In this document: positions 26,904 through 35,052 of the stretch, one piece after another | Layout of the letters: each line of letters opens with the position of its first letter | How positions within the stretch are numbered: position 1 is the first letter of the stretch | IMG/VR virus record: IMGVR_UViG_3300018954_000017 | Location: 66,216 to 104,255 of that record | Origin: a virus | Length of the DNA: 38,040 nt | Reading direction: 5' to 3' (one strand) | Program-made: the position numbers and the translations under genes | The notes under the pieces: model-generated | The model's database searches: none | Told to the model about the DNA's origin: nothing | The model's input: only the letters and a program-made list of their open reading frames with translations

Positions 26904-26970
26904 TAGGGCAAGAGAATGAAAGAAGATGTGGTTCCATAATTAAGTAGATAACCTCCTTTCCGCAGCCCTA
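26904..26970 (-). ncRNA. small free-standing Y-RNA-like hairpin
   Basis: TAGGGC TGCG GAAAGGAGGT TATCT...CAC ATCTTCTTTC ATTCTCTT GCCCTA. The ends pair, and it shares the GAGGTTATC, ATCTT and CTTGC motifs with the three tRNA inserts. Begins at the predicted transcription start. Confidence 0.7.
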
Positions 26971-26975
26971 TCCTG

Positions 26976-27004
26976 ATACTACTGCAATCTTACACATCTG
27001 TCAA
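26976..27004 (-). promoter_or_regulatory. strong sigma70-type promoter for the Y-RNA/tRNA/Ro60 operon
   Basis: TTGACA-gatgtgtaagattgcag (17 nt)-TAGTAT, with +1 predicted at about 26969-26970. Confidence 0.85.
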
Positions 27005-27011
27005 GCATTAG

Positions 27012-27203
27012 TTAGCATTTGGCTAACTTTTGCAGCAACGGATAGCCAAGAGCAAACACTTGCTCCATGAACTCCTGTTTGTTTAAGCCGAGCGTCAGTC
27101 GCATTTCTTCTATCTCATCCTTTTGATCTTCCGGAAGCCTGAAAGGGTATTGTGGGCGTTTCGCACGATAGTTCTTGTAGATTTCTGGGTTTCGTTTAGT
27201 CAT
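27012..27203 (-). CDS. small RHH-like DNA-binding protein
   Basis: QYPFRLPEDQKDEIEEM...LNKQEFM gives a beta-helix-helix pattern. Confidence 0.5.
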   Translation of the reverse strand: MTKRNPEIYKNYRAKRPQYPFRLPEDQKDEIEEMRLTLGLNKQEFMEQVFALGYPLLQKLAKC

Positions 27204-27206
27204 TAC

Positions 27207-28202
27207 CTAATCCTCTTTGAGTAAAAATTTGTTTGAAATTGCCTTGAATGAGATACGCTCACCGCCATCATCAGTTACAAAAACTACACCTTCGCGTTCT
27301 GTAGTGGGCTGTAGCTGGCTTTTGCCTTCTGCATAGGCGAGGATTTCTTCAATAGTATCCGGCAAGCTGAAGATGCTATTGAGTACCGGAACAAACTTTA
27401 GTCCATTCGCCTGAGTCCAGAGTTGAGCTTTAGTTATGTCTACATATTCTCCTTTGCTAATGTCGTAGATATTGAAGACACACAGTTCTGGTTGCTCCAC
27501 CTTGTATTTGTTGCCCTGGATGCCCGGAGCGACAATCTCACCTTGAATGGCTAAGTTCATTCCTTCCAAAAGTTCTTGTAAGTTATACCGTTTGGCAATC
27601 TTCCAATAAATTGAAGACTCGTCTTCATTCAGTTCCCAATTGCGGCTACAAACTCCAAATTGGTCGTTGTAATTAAAGGCTGTGAAAGAAGTTCCATCTA
27701 ATTTCTCAGTTACAGTCCAACTCCTTTGCTGCCATTGCGACAACATTGATGAAAGGTTTTGGATGCGTTCTTCATCAGTTTTAGGGATGAACGAAGGAAA
27801 CGTCCCACTAGCTGATGATGTACCAACAACGGGTAGTGTTACTTCATATTTCGTAATTCCTAGATCTTCCGTAACATCTTGCCCAATCTCTAGATTGCTA
27901 TTGAACGGCAAAGGAAGCACTAGTCCCTGCGATAGTTGCCCTCGCAACTTAATGGTCTTGATACGGAATCCTTCAGTCCCATCAGCCATCTTGCGATAGC
28001 AAGATTTGCGGAGAAACTCATATTCCGGCTTGATGGGCAGCAATGAGTCAATTTCGCAGTAAACCACAAGATTCCCTACCTGGTATTCATCCTTCTTCAC
28101 TACAGCTTGCCATCCGTCCACAATAGCTAGCTCTAGTGCGTCTGCGTTGGGTATCAGGCGGATTTCTGAGATTTGTCGGATTGTTGCTAATTTACGGGTC
28201 AT
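27207..28202 (-). CDS. RNA ligase, DRB0094 (Rnl5)/Rnl2-like family
   Basis: MTRKLATI..IPNADALE..WQAVV, YCEIDS, LRGQLSQGL, KTDEERIQN, motif I EKLDGTS, IQGE, REGVVF, FKAISNKFL. Confidence 0.93.
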   Translation of the reverse strand: MTRKLATIRQISEIRLIPNADALELAIVDGWQAVVKKDEYQVGNLVVYCEIDSLLPIKPEYEFLRKSCYRKMADGTEGFRIKTIKLRGQLSQGLVLPLPFNSNLEIGQDVTEDLGITKYEVTLPVVGTSSASGTFPSFIPKTDEERIQNLSSMLSQWQQRSWTVTEKLDGTSFTAFNYNDQFGVCSRNWELNEDESSIYWKIAKRYNLQELLEGMNLAIQGEIVAPGIQGNKYKVEQPELCVFNIYDISKGEYVDITKAQLWTQANGLKFVPVLNSIFSLPDTIEEILAYAEGKSQLQPTTEREGVVFVTDDGGERISFKAISNKFLLKED

Positions 28203-28348
28203 AATCCTCTCTCCTTTTTAAGTGCTTCTTGGATGATCCCAGCATACGTTAGCGACCAAGTGATTGCAATGGTATTCTCTTGCTCGTCTACAAGCTTGTA
28301 GTGTTCGCTTCGACGATCAAAATTTACCACAAAAATATCAACTTTCAT
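28199..28348 (-). CDS. 49-aa hypothetical protein coupling the helicase to the RNA ligase
   Basis: MKVDIFVVNFDRRSEHYKLV...ERGL*, with ATGA overlaps at both ends. Confidence 0.55.
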   Translation of the reverse strand: MKVDIFVVNFDRRSEHYKLVDEQENTIAITWSLTYAGIIQEALKKERGL

Positions 28349-31300
28349 GTCTCCCCCTCGTATCCCTCAAAGTACTCCAATTTCAGTCCAGCACACGGTA
28401 GCTGCATTAGCTTCTCTAGCTCAACAGGATCACGTTCTAACGGTACGAAATACATGGCAGCTTTTGACCGCGTTAGGGCTACGAATGTTGCATATATTTC
28501 CTGTTGGAACTGCCAATTTAACATTCCCATTCTGTAGTATGGTAACAGATTGATACCCACCACGTAAACTCTCTGAGATTCATCACCTTTTGCCGAGTGA
28601 ATGCTGCTGTAGATTACGTGTCTCGTCCGGTCTTCCTCTTCCACCGGGAATACCTCCTCAATCTTCTCTACAAACTCCTTCACTGACTCGGCAGATTGCC
28701 CTAGGAACTCGTAACAGTACTCTAGACACCGATAGCGGTCTTCAGTTGCATCAGCTTGCGTGAGCTGTCCAGCAAGCTTGTAGCGTTCAACGAGGTACTC
28801 CTTCTGTTCGAGCAGTTTAGAGTGAAAGTCACCCCACTTACAATTCTTACCAATCTGCTTTGCAAACCCGCCCATCTCTTTCGCAATGTCTCGTGCCCGG
28901 ACAACTCCCTCAACTCCATTGAAAAATTTGGCTTCGAGAAAAAGTTTGATGAGTGGTGCGACGAACCTGCACAACACTAAATCTCCCGGTTGTACAGATG
29001 ACTTGACTGTATCAGGATGCATTAGCTCACAGGTGCCGTCTATGGCATCCTGTCGGGCTTTCATTTGAGGACTGATAAGTGAGGCAAGAGCGACATGACT
29101 TTTGGGACAGCGCTGGGATTCTGAGAGTGGGAGAACTTTGGCGTTGAAGAGTTTAATGATGGTCTCCATTGCTGTAGGTAACGCTGCCATGTACCCTGAG
29201 ATAGATTGTTTTTCGTCGCCCACAAAAATACAACGGTATCCGACAAGTTCATACTTTTTGTAGAGCGATATAAAGGCACGGTTAGCATCCTGACAATTAT
29301 GGGACAAGATGCCGTTGCCGAAAAAGTTGTGGTTATCTTCTACGTCGATGCAGTAGACCCACTCTTCTTCAGTTTGATTTTTTGTTGAGTCAATATTCCT
29401 CCACATTTGCTGCTGCAAGTTTGTGGATAAACTCCAGCTTCTTTCTTGCAATTGTTGTGATATCGGTAGAGAGTACCGCAGATTGGGCAAGGACGCTTTT
29501 GTAAATGTTCTCGTTGCTGTTGGATTCTTAGTATACGACCACATTCCCTGCTGCACGTCTTGTACCAAACTTCCCCAGTTTTGATATCGAGACGACTCTG
29601 ATAGTCTTTGTTGCAGACCGGACATGAATATGTTTTTAGGGGATTTGTCGCTGAAGCTTTTCTCGCCGCCTTCTGGCAACTGCTGCTGCAATAGTAACGG
29701 GAGTAAGCTTGGGTTTTCGTACAGAGATACGTTTCGTGTTCCGTTCCACAGTGGTTGCAGGGTTTGGTGGTTTGAATTACAGACTGTTTGATCTTTAGTG
29801 TTTCCGGAGTGCACCCCGAATTTAGTTTGTAAGAAAGAGATGGATGGATATATGGTCTGATTAGTTGAAAAAACGCATCTCGTCCATGCGCTGAAAATGT
29901 CAGTATTCCTCCTTTGCTCGTTGGTGTTGCTTGAGAATTGCAACCCAAAGAAGTTAGGTATTCTGCTGCCAATGCAATTTCTTTCATCGAAAAAGCATAA
30001 GTTGAAATCTTTGCTTGACCGCTGAAACTCCCGTCGTCCATAAACCATACTGCCAAAGCCAACGGATTTAGTTGACTCAGAACCGCTTCTGTGATTTGTT
30101 TTTTCTGACCCGTTGGTTTGAACAGGTGATATATCTCTGTGAATAGTGGGTGAGAAATTGTCGCAAAACTCCGAACCACTCCACCAAACTCGGTTGGCAT
30201 TAATGGTGACAGACCTTTGTTCCCAACCCAACGATTCAGACTGTCGTGCTTCCACTGAAGATAATCTTGTTGTGCTACTCCATGTCTGAAGGATATCCGG
30301 GCATTCCCCATTTTGCCTTTCCACCTGCTGATTCCGAACGAAGCATCGCCAAGAAGCGACCCAATGATAATCGAACGCTCGGTCGTCGTTAGTTTGTCTG
30401 AAGGATTGTAGTTTTTGACCATCGATTTGAAGCAGTGAATGTTGTGGTTTTAATTGTCCTGCGTAGATGTATCCCTGCTCTTTCGTGTACACCGGATGAT
30501 TATCGGTAGCCTGTAGTCCACAAACGTTAACAATAGCTCGATTGTGTCGTTGAACTTTATACCATCCAGTAATTTTCTTAACTTCAATTTGTTGGCTAGA
30601 TGTATTGAAGCTCAAAATGTCTAATGATAGTTTATCTCGAACTATTTCGTCAATACGTTTGGTGCGACCGTCTGCAAGACTAACCAATGTGTCGCCCGTG
30701 ACGCACTCGTCAATCAGCAGATAACTCTTTTCCGCTTTTGGTGCCTGTGGATACAATTTTAATTTATGTGGCAACCAGACCATATCCGCATAATCGATTA
30801 CGTGGTCATATGCGCCCATTCGATAGCAGTCTTCCAGCAAGTCCATTGCAATTTTGACTCCCCACGCAGTTCCAGGTTTACCAAAAGGGAACCTGATCGC
30901 AAAGTAATTGACTACCCAATCCATTGAGTCAACATTGTCATCGGCTAAGTTCAATCGCGCAAAGTCAAGCAAACTCTTTAGCGACTCTTGCCATCTTTCG
31001 AGCAATAGCTCTGCCCTTTCGCTGTCTTCAGGCAACCTTGGTGGTGCAATTGGGTATCGGCGGCTTTTGTCAGCTATGACTTCTTTGAGACGATTTAGCC
31101 CCCATTGAGCTAACTTGTCAGCCTTGTGTTTGTCTACCTCCGGCATTTCTCCTTTGAACTTTCGGATAAGCAGAGCTTCGCCGCAACCGTGAGCTGTTGA
31201 AACATTTACACGTTTTGGTATTCTGGGATCTTGTTCAAATGCCAACTTGACAGATTTGTTGAACATCATTACGTTGATTTTTACGTTTGGAGGCAAAAGT

Positions 31301-31521
31301 CCAACTATTCCTTTTAGAAGAGTACTTTTGCCAGAACCTGCGGTAGAAGATACCACTAAATTTTCATCACTTTCCTGCAATTCTTCAAATACTTTTATTT
31401 GGTATTCATTCCAAGGAATTGCTGAGATTACCTCTTTACTCCAACGTCTCGGTGTCCACTCATCCTGCTTAACTATACTCGCAACAGTTTTTTCACGTTT
31501 AGCTTTAGCTGCCATGAACAA
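28345..31521 (-). CDS. UvrD/Rep-like SF1 helicase with intein
   Basis: TAGSGKST, LIDE|CQD (Walker B), VGDEKQSI, SQRCPK, SIHSAKGDE, VALTRSK. Confidence 0.92.
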   Translation of the reverse strand: MFMAAKAKREKTVASIVKQDEWTPRRWSKEVISAIPWNEYQIKVFEELQESDENLVVSSTAGSGKSTLLKGIVGLLPPNVKINVMMFNKSVKLAFEQDPRIPKRVNVSTAHGCGEALLIRKFKGEMPEVDKHKADKLAQWGLNRLKEVIADKSRRYPIAPPRLPEDSERAELLLERWQESLKSLLDFARLNLADDNVDSMDWVVNYFAIRFPFGKPGTAWGVKIAMDLLEDCYRMGAYDHVIDYADMVWLPHKLKLYPQAPKAEKSYLLIDECVTGDTLVSLADGRTKRIDEIVRDKLSLDILSFNTSSQQIEVKKITGWYKVQRHNRAIVNVCGLQATDNHPVYTKEQGYIYAGQLKPQHSLLQIDGQKLQSFRQTNDDRAFDYHWVASWRCFVRNQQVERQNGECPDILQTWSSTTRLSSVEARQSESLGWEQRSVTINANRVWWSGSEFCDNFSPTIHRDISPVQTNGSEKTNHRSGSESTKSVGFGSMVYGRREFQRSSKDFNLCFFDERNCIGSRIPNFFGLQFSSNTNEQRRNTDIFSAWTRCVFSTNQTIYPSISFLQTKFGVHSGNTKDQTVCNSNHQTLQPLWNGTRNVSLYENPSLLPLLLQQQLPEGGEKSFSDKSPKNIFMSGLQQRLSESSRYQNWGSLVQDVQQGMWSYTKNPTATRTFTKASLPNLRYSLPISQQLQERSWSLSTNLQQQMWRNIDSTKNQTEEEWVYCIDVEDNHNFFGNGILSHNCQDANRAFISLYKKYELVGYRCIFVGDEKQSISGYMAALPTAMETIIKLFNAKVLPLSESQRCPKSHVALASLISPQMKARQDAIDGTCELMHPDTVKSSVQPGDLVLCRFVAPLIKLFLEAKFFNGVEGVVRARDIAKEMGGFAKQIGKNCKWGDFHSKLLEQKEYLVERYKLAGQLTQADATEDRYRCLEYCYEFLGQSAESVKEFVEKIEEVFPVEEEDRTRHVIYSSIHSAKGDESQRVYVVGINLLPYYRMGMLNWQFQQEIYATFVALTRSKAAMYFVPLERDPVELEKLMQLPCAGLKLEYFEGYEGET
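29296..30705 (-). mobile_element. intein in the helicase Walker B motif (470 aa)
   Basis: CVTGDTLV...ATDNHPV...VYCIDVEDNHNFF..ILSHN|C. Confidence 0.92.
29340..30422 (-). CDS. LAGLIDADG_2 (I-SceI-like) homing endonuclease with C-terminal Zn-finger repeats, in the +1 frame inside the helicase intein
   Basis: IIIGSLLGDASF ... LNPLALAVWFMDDGS ... RPYIHPSLSYKL. Repeats CNHC/YCSSSC, CPVC/TCSREC and CPIC/TCSSKC. Confidence 0.88.
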   Translation of the reverse strand: MVKNYNPSDKLTTTERSIIIGSLLGDASFGISRWKGKMGNARISFRHGVAQQDYLQWKHDSLNRWVGNKGLSPLMPTEFGGVVRSFATISHPLFTEIYHLFKPTGQKKQITEAVLSQLNPLALAVWFMDDGSFSGQAKISTYAFSMKEIALAAEYLTSLGCNSQATPTSKGGILTFSAHGRDAFFQLIRPYIHPSLSYKLNSGCTPETLKIKQSVIQTTKPCNHCGTEHETYLCTKTQAYSRYYCSSSCQKAARKASATNPLKTYSCPVCNKDYQSRLDIKTGEVWYKTCSRECGRILRIQQQREHLQKRPCPICGTLYRYHNNCKKEAGVYPQTCSSKCGGILTQQKIKLKKSGSTAST

Positions 31522-31548
31522 CCTCTTTGGTGGGTATCAACTGTATTT

Positions 31549-31577
31549 ATCGTAACTTAATTCAAACTCAGTGTCAA
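31549..31577 (-). promoter_or_regulatory. promoter for the helicase-ligase operon
   Basis: TTGACA-17 nt-TACGAT on the minus strand, with a GAGG RBS downstream. Confidence 0.65.
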
Positions 31578-31634
31578 AGTCAACAGAGGTCGCACTAGTT
31601 ATCTAATACGACTCTTGTTAACTGCGGTATTGAA

Positions 31635-31928
31635 TCAAATTTTTCCATAGAACATGAAAAGCAATCCAATGCCAACTCTAGTTAAACGATACAAGCGATC
31701 GCCTTCTTTAGTCAGCAAATGTAAGTCAACTAAATGTTCAAATGGTTTTGTATCTCTGGTAATTGGGATGGCTAAATCAAACGTTCCTCGTTCCTGATAT
31801 TTCTTTAACAATTGGGCTAACACAATTTCGCATTGCATTTGCTCACAACCGCTTAAATGTTTAGTATTTAAAAAATCAAGAATTCCAAAAGGTGTAAAAT
31901 CTGCGGATATTAAATCATTAGGTGTCAT
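31635..31928 (-). CDS. hypothetical protein (possible winged helix)
   Basis: GGAG RBS. HLVDLHLLTKEGDRLYRLTRVG is a wHTH-like ending. Confidence 0.55.
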   Translation of the reverse strand: MTPNDLISADFTPFGILDFLNTKHLSGCEQMQCEIVLAQLLKKYQERGTFDLAIPITRDTKPFEHLVDLHLLTKEGDRLYRLTRVGIGLLFMFYGKI

Positions 31929-32410
31929 TATGCTTTCTCCAAATTTTGCTTGACTTTAGCTGCCACGGGCACTTTACTCTAATAGCTAACGGCTAACAGT
32001 TTTCTAGTAGATGCAGCCGTCAGATCATTTGACAATCTTTAACCCCAACTCCTTTAACTTTGTAACAACCTGCTCATTGATATGTCAGTCTTGTCAGTTA
32101 TAGCAAACTCGTAGTTCACTCAATCACCATACCACAACGGCTCACAATACACATTCATTCCAGCCATCTTCTGCTTACTGTAACTGCACCTAGCCACCCA
32201 ACTCCCGCGTCGTCCCTACAATTATTCGTTGATAATTCAACTGTTAAGTGGAACGCGACTGGAGTTGCTCACCAACCACTTTTACTTTCTCAATCCTAAC
32301 GAGAGTTCCGTCGAGATTGATGGAGTCCCATTGCGAACGGTTGCTATCTGTAGTCCGGCGAATAGCGCGGACTTTACCTGACATGATGTAGGAACCGGGA
32401 CAGGGTGCGG

Positions 32411-33007
32411 TCATCGGTTATCACCAGAACCCAATAGTGTGCCATTGCGGCGTAAGCGGTCTTCTAGTTTTTGGAGGTTGATCTGCATGAGTTCTTCGAG
32501 ATTACTATTGGCACTGAGAGCACAACAGTTAATACTGAATAAAATTGTTGAAAGCAGCCAGGTTATGTGTGTTTTGCTACTGGTGCTTTCCGTTTGCAAC
32601 AAGTGATTTATCGCATGATATAGTTCTTTCGCATCAGTGATCACCATAGCAAAAGTTTTTTCTAGTGACCTGCAAGGAGAAAGAGTTATTAGTTTTTCAA
32701 CGGTTTTCATCTCAATCTCTTTAGCCCCAGCCGCCAACACGAGATATCCCAATACATCTCCCAGTTCCAACAGATAACCATTGCGATCGAATCCTTCGCC
32801 CCTCAACGCTCGCTTCAGCTTGCCCATGACTTCTCCTGCCTCTTCAGCCATGCCAATGCAGTTGAACTCGAAGACATCGCCCTCTACTTGAATAGACTGA
32901 GTTAGTGAGCGAAGTTTGATCTGGTATTTGTCCAAATCCATCATGATTTTTAATTGGTGGGTATCTACTGTATCTATAGTAGCTGATGTAGACGGTGGTG
33001 ACAACAC
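32411..33007 (-). CDS. MazG-like nucleotide pyrophosphohydrolase (start probably near 32945)
   Basis: GMAEEAGEV..KLKR, ELGDVLGY, NLQKLEDR..G..GSGDNR. Confidence 0.85.
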   Translation of the reverse strand: MLSPPSTSATIDTVDTHQLKIMMDLDKYQIKLRSLTQSIQVEGDVFEFNCIGMAEEAGEVMGKLKRALRGEGFDRNGYLLELGDVLGYLVLAAGAKEIEMKTVEKLITLSPCRSLEKTFAMVITDAKELYHAINHLLQTESTSSKTHITWLLSTILFSINCCALSANSNLEELMQINLQKLEDRLRRNGTLLGSGDNR

Positions 33008-33101
33008 GAAGCGTTAGTGAAGTTACTCACCCGCTTCGCTCAGTGGCAATAGGAACGCAAAAGCCCCACTGAAGGGGCTAGTTTGCAGGTAGAGACTCAG
33101 A

Positions 33102-33815
33102 TTACATCACGGCTTCACAGGCTCTTTGGGCTTGCTCTTGCCAAGTGCCTTTCCTGAGCATGGAGTACTTCATCTTTGCTTTGGCGACTTTACCCAAGTT
33201 AATAATGTCCTCCTGATGATTCAGTCCAACAGTAGGGTCGAGGTCACCTTCGATCAATGGCTTTAGTCTTGCTTCAGCAGCCGTATCCCCTAGGATGGTC
33301 TTAGTAATAAAGTCATGCACCAGATTTCCCGGATGATTTTTGTGTTTGACAGCGTTGCAGAAAGCAGGGTGAGCCATGATAGTTAGGTAGCGAGCTTCGT
33401 CCCAACACGCAGCAAGAATCTCATTCCGTTCATCTTCAGTCTTAATTGCGCCAAAAGCTGCATCTGCACGACGTTCTAATGCTTCTTGGGCACAAGCTGC
33501 TAACAACGCCACAGCTTGCATATTGCCAGCTAATGCTTCTTTAGTCCAATACGCTATAGCTAAATGAAATGGAACTAAATTTATACGTGCTCGTTCACCT
33601 TCAACCTTAGTGGTGTAACCGCTCAAACCCTTGAATGGCAAAGCTAAATCTGTTGATCCATTAAGGAAGCGTAACACGTTATTTCTGGGTTTATTAACCG
33701 CAGAAGCGGTTCCCTCTCGACTCAAACGATAACTGGCGTCTGGCAACTGAAACACATCGAGTGGGATGTCACCTAACTGGATAACTGCGCGTTGAACTGT
33801 TACAATGCTATTCAT
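33102..33815 (-). CDS. phage antirepressor-like protein (P63C-type N-terminus)
   Basis: RAVIQLGDIPLDVFQLPDASYRLS...EALERRADAAFG. The likely start is MNSIVT (33815, AGGA RBS). Confidence 0.6.
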   Translation of the reverse strand: MNSIVTVQRAVIQLGDIPLDVFQLPDASYRLSREGTASAVNKPRNNVLRFLNGSTDLALPFKGLSGYTTKVEGERARINLVPFHLAIAYWTKEALAGNMQAVALLAACAQEALERRADAAFGAIKTEDERNEILAACWDEARYLTIMAHPAFCNAVKHKNHPGNLVHDFITKTILGDTAAEARLKPLIEGDLDPTVGLNHQEDIINLGKVAKAKMKYSMLRKGTWQEQAQRACEAVM

Positions 33816-33911
33816 GTGAATCCTAATGATTCTAGGGTTTACTGCTGGTGGTAGTGAACTTTGGAATGCTCCCACATTCTTAGAGTTCGCCAGCGTTCTC
33901 TCCATTATATC

Positions 33912-33946
33912 GCAAAAGCCGCATTAGATAACTAATGCGGCTTTTG
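33912..33946. terminator. intrinsic terminator
   Basis: CAAAAGCCGCATTAG-ataa-CTAATGCGGCTTTTG. Confidence 0.85.
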
Positions 33947-33962
33947 TTTCATGACAATAAGT

Positions 33963-34979
33963 TTAGCTAACAGACAACAGACTTCTATCAAAATCCAACA
34001 CTTCACCATCATCAAACCTAGTCTGCAACAGGCGCTCTTGCAGGCATTCGCCCAACACTCCGGCTTGGTGAGCTTCTCGACAGAATGCTTTCCAATCGAA
34101 GGAGCCATCGGTGTAGTATGCATAGAGCATCTTCTTAAATTGCAGCCAGAACCAACAGATTGCCCGTTGGTCGAAGTGAAACAAGTCTAACTCATATCTC
34201 TTCGGTTCGCCATCGGGTGCAACGTTGTACGCGCAAACGAGTAAACCTTGATTGAGTCGGTACTTGTTCTCAGTCAATTTATTAAATGCCGCTGAGTAAG
34301 CCGACAATTGCAGCGCATATTTGATGAGAGGAAAATAGGGACTTGGGGGCTTGTACTTATTCCCCCGTGTATACTCAATCGGATTCTTTTTCTTATTGAA
34401 ATTCTTCCAATCGAGAACGACCAACGCATAGCTCCGGTTGCCATCGGTAAATAGTGGTTTGACATTAGTTGGCAACAGCCGACAATCGACCAACTTGTAA
34501 GCATCAGCCGTGCCACCGAAACCGATTGAGGGGTCATTCTCGTCGTGCCACATGATTTTCTTTTCAAGGGCAATAGGTTTGATGTAGGGAAAAAGACACT
34601 CGAAGGGTTGGATAAGTTGCTCCTCTTCTTCATCCAACTTGATCTTCGCCCGTAGCTCAACCAAAGCCTGCTGTTGTTCAGCTCCAGAAAGCCCCTGAAG
34701 GCGCGAGTGCTCTTGAATAAGCAAATGGTCATGATAGCACTTGAAGTGGTTCTCAAGGGCGTTGTGGGTCTTAGTGCCGTGGGTTGCAGCGGTGTCGCGA
34801 ATTCTCTCAGACTCTTCTTTTCCGACCCGTCTCTGCCAGCCAGCCAGGAAGGATTTGTCTTCAAATTTGCTGAGGATAGTTGTGACCGAACTAAACTTTT
34901 TGTCACCCCACGCATATTTCCTGCCACCGGGGGCGTTGATCTGAATTATCTCTTGGTCATTCCAAACGTCGATTTGCAT
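33963..34979 (-). CDS. PD-(D/E)xK phage exonuclease-like protein
   Basis: SVTTIL..WQRRVG..GTKTH..GTAD..LDWK..LQLSAY. Confidence 0.8.
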   Translation of the reverse strand: MQIDVWNDQEIIQINAPGGRKYAWGDKKFSSVTTILSKFEDKSFLAGWQRRVGKEESERIRDTAATHGTKTHNALENHFKCYHDHLLIQEHSRLQGLSGAEQQQALVELRAKIKLDEEEEQLIQPFECLFPYIKPIALEKKIMWHDENDPSIGFGGTADAYKLVDCRLLPTNVKPLFTDGNRSYALVVLDWKNFNKKKNPIEYTRGNKYKPPSPYFPLIKYALQLSAYSAAFNKLTENKYRLNQGLLVCAYNVAPDGEPKRYELDLFHFDQRAICWFWLQFKKMLYAYYTDGSFDWKAFCREAHQAGVLGECLQERLLQTRFDDGEVLDFDRSLLSVS

Positions 34980-35052
34980 TCAACTGAACCATTTTAATTT
35001 GATATATCTATTCTCCCACAGAATTGCGTACTTGTGGGCGTTGTCAATACTG

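Noticed and set aside
26500-26970. CRISPR array (recurring GATAACCTC at ~130-bp spacing)
   Set aside because: The repeats are degenerate and embedded in tRNA folds, and no cas operon is present.
34274-34927. 217-aa alternative-frame ORF inside the exonuclease as a third overprinted gene
   Set aside because: S/R/L-rich with no motif. It is the +1 shadow of a real gene, a frame in which stops can be scarce by chance.
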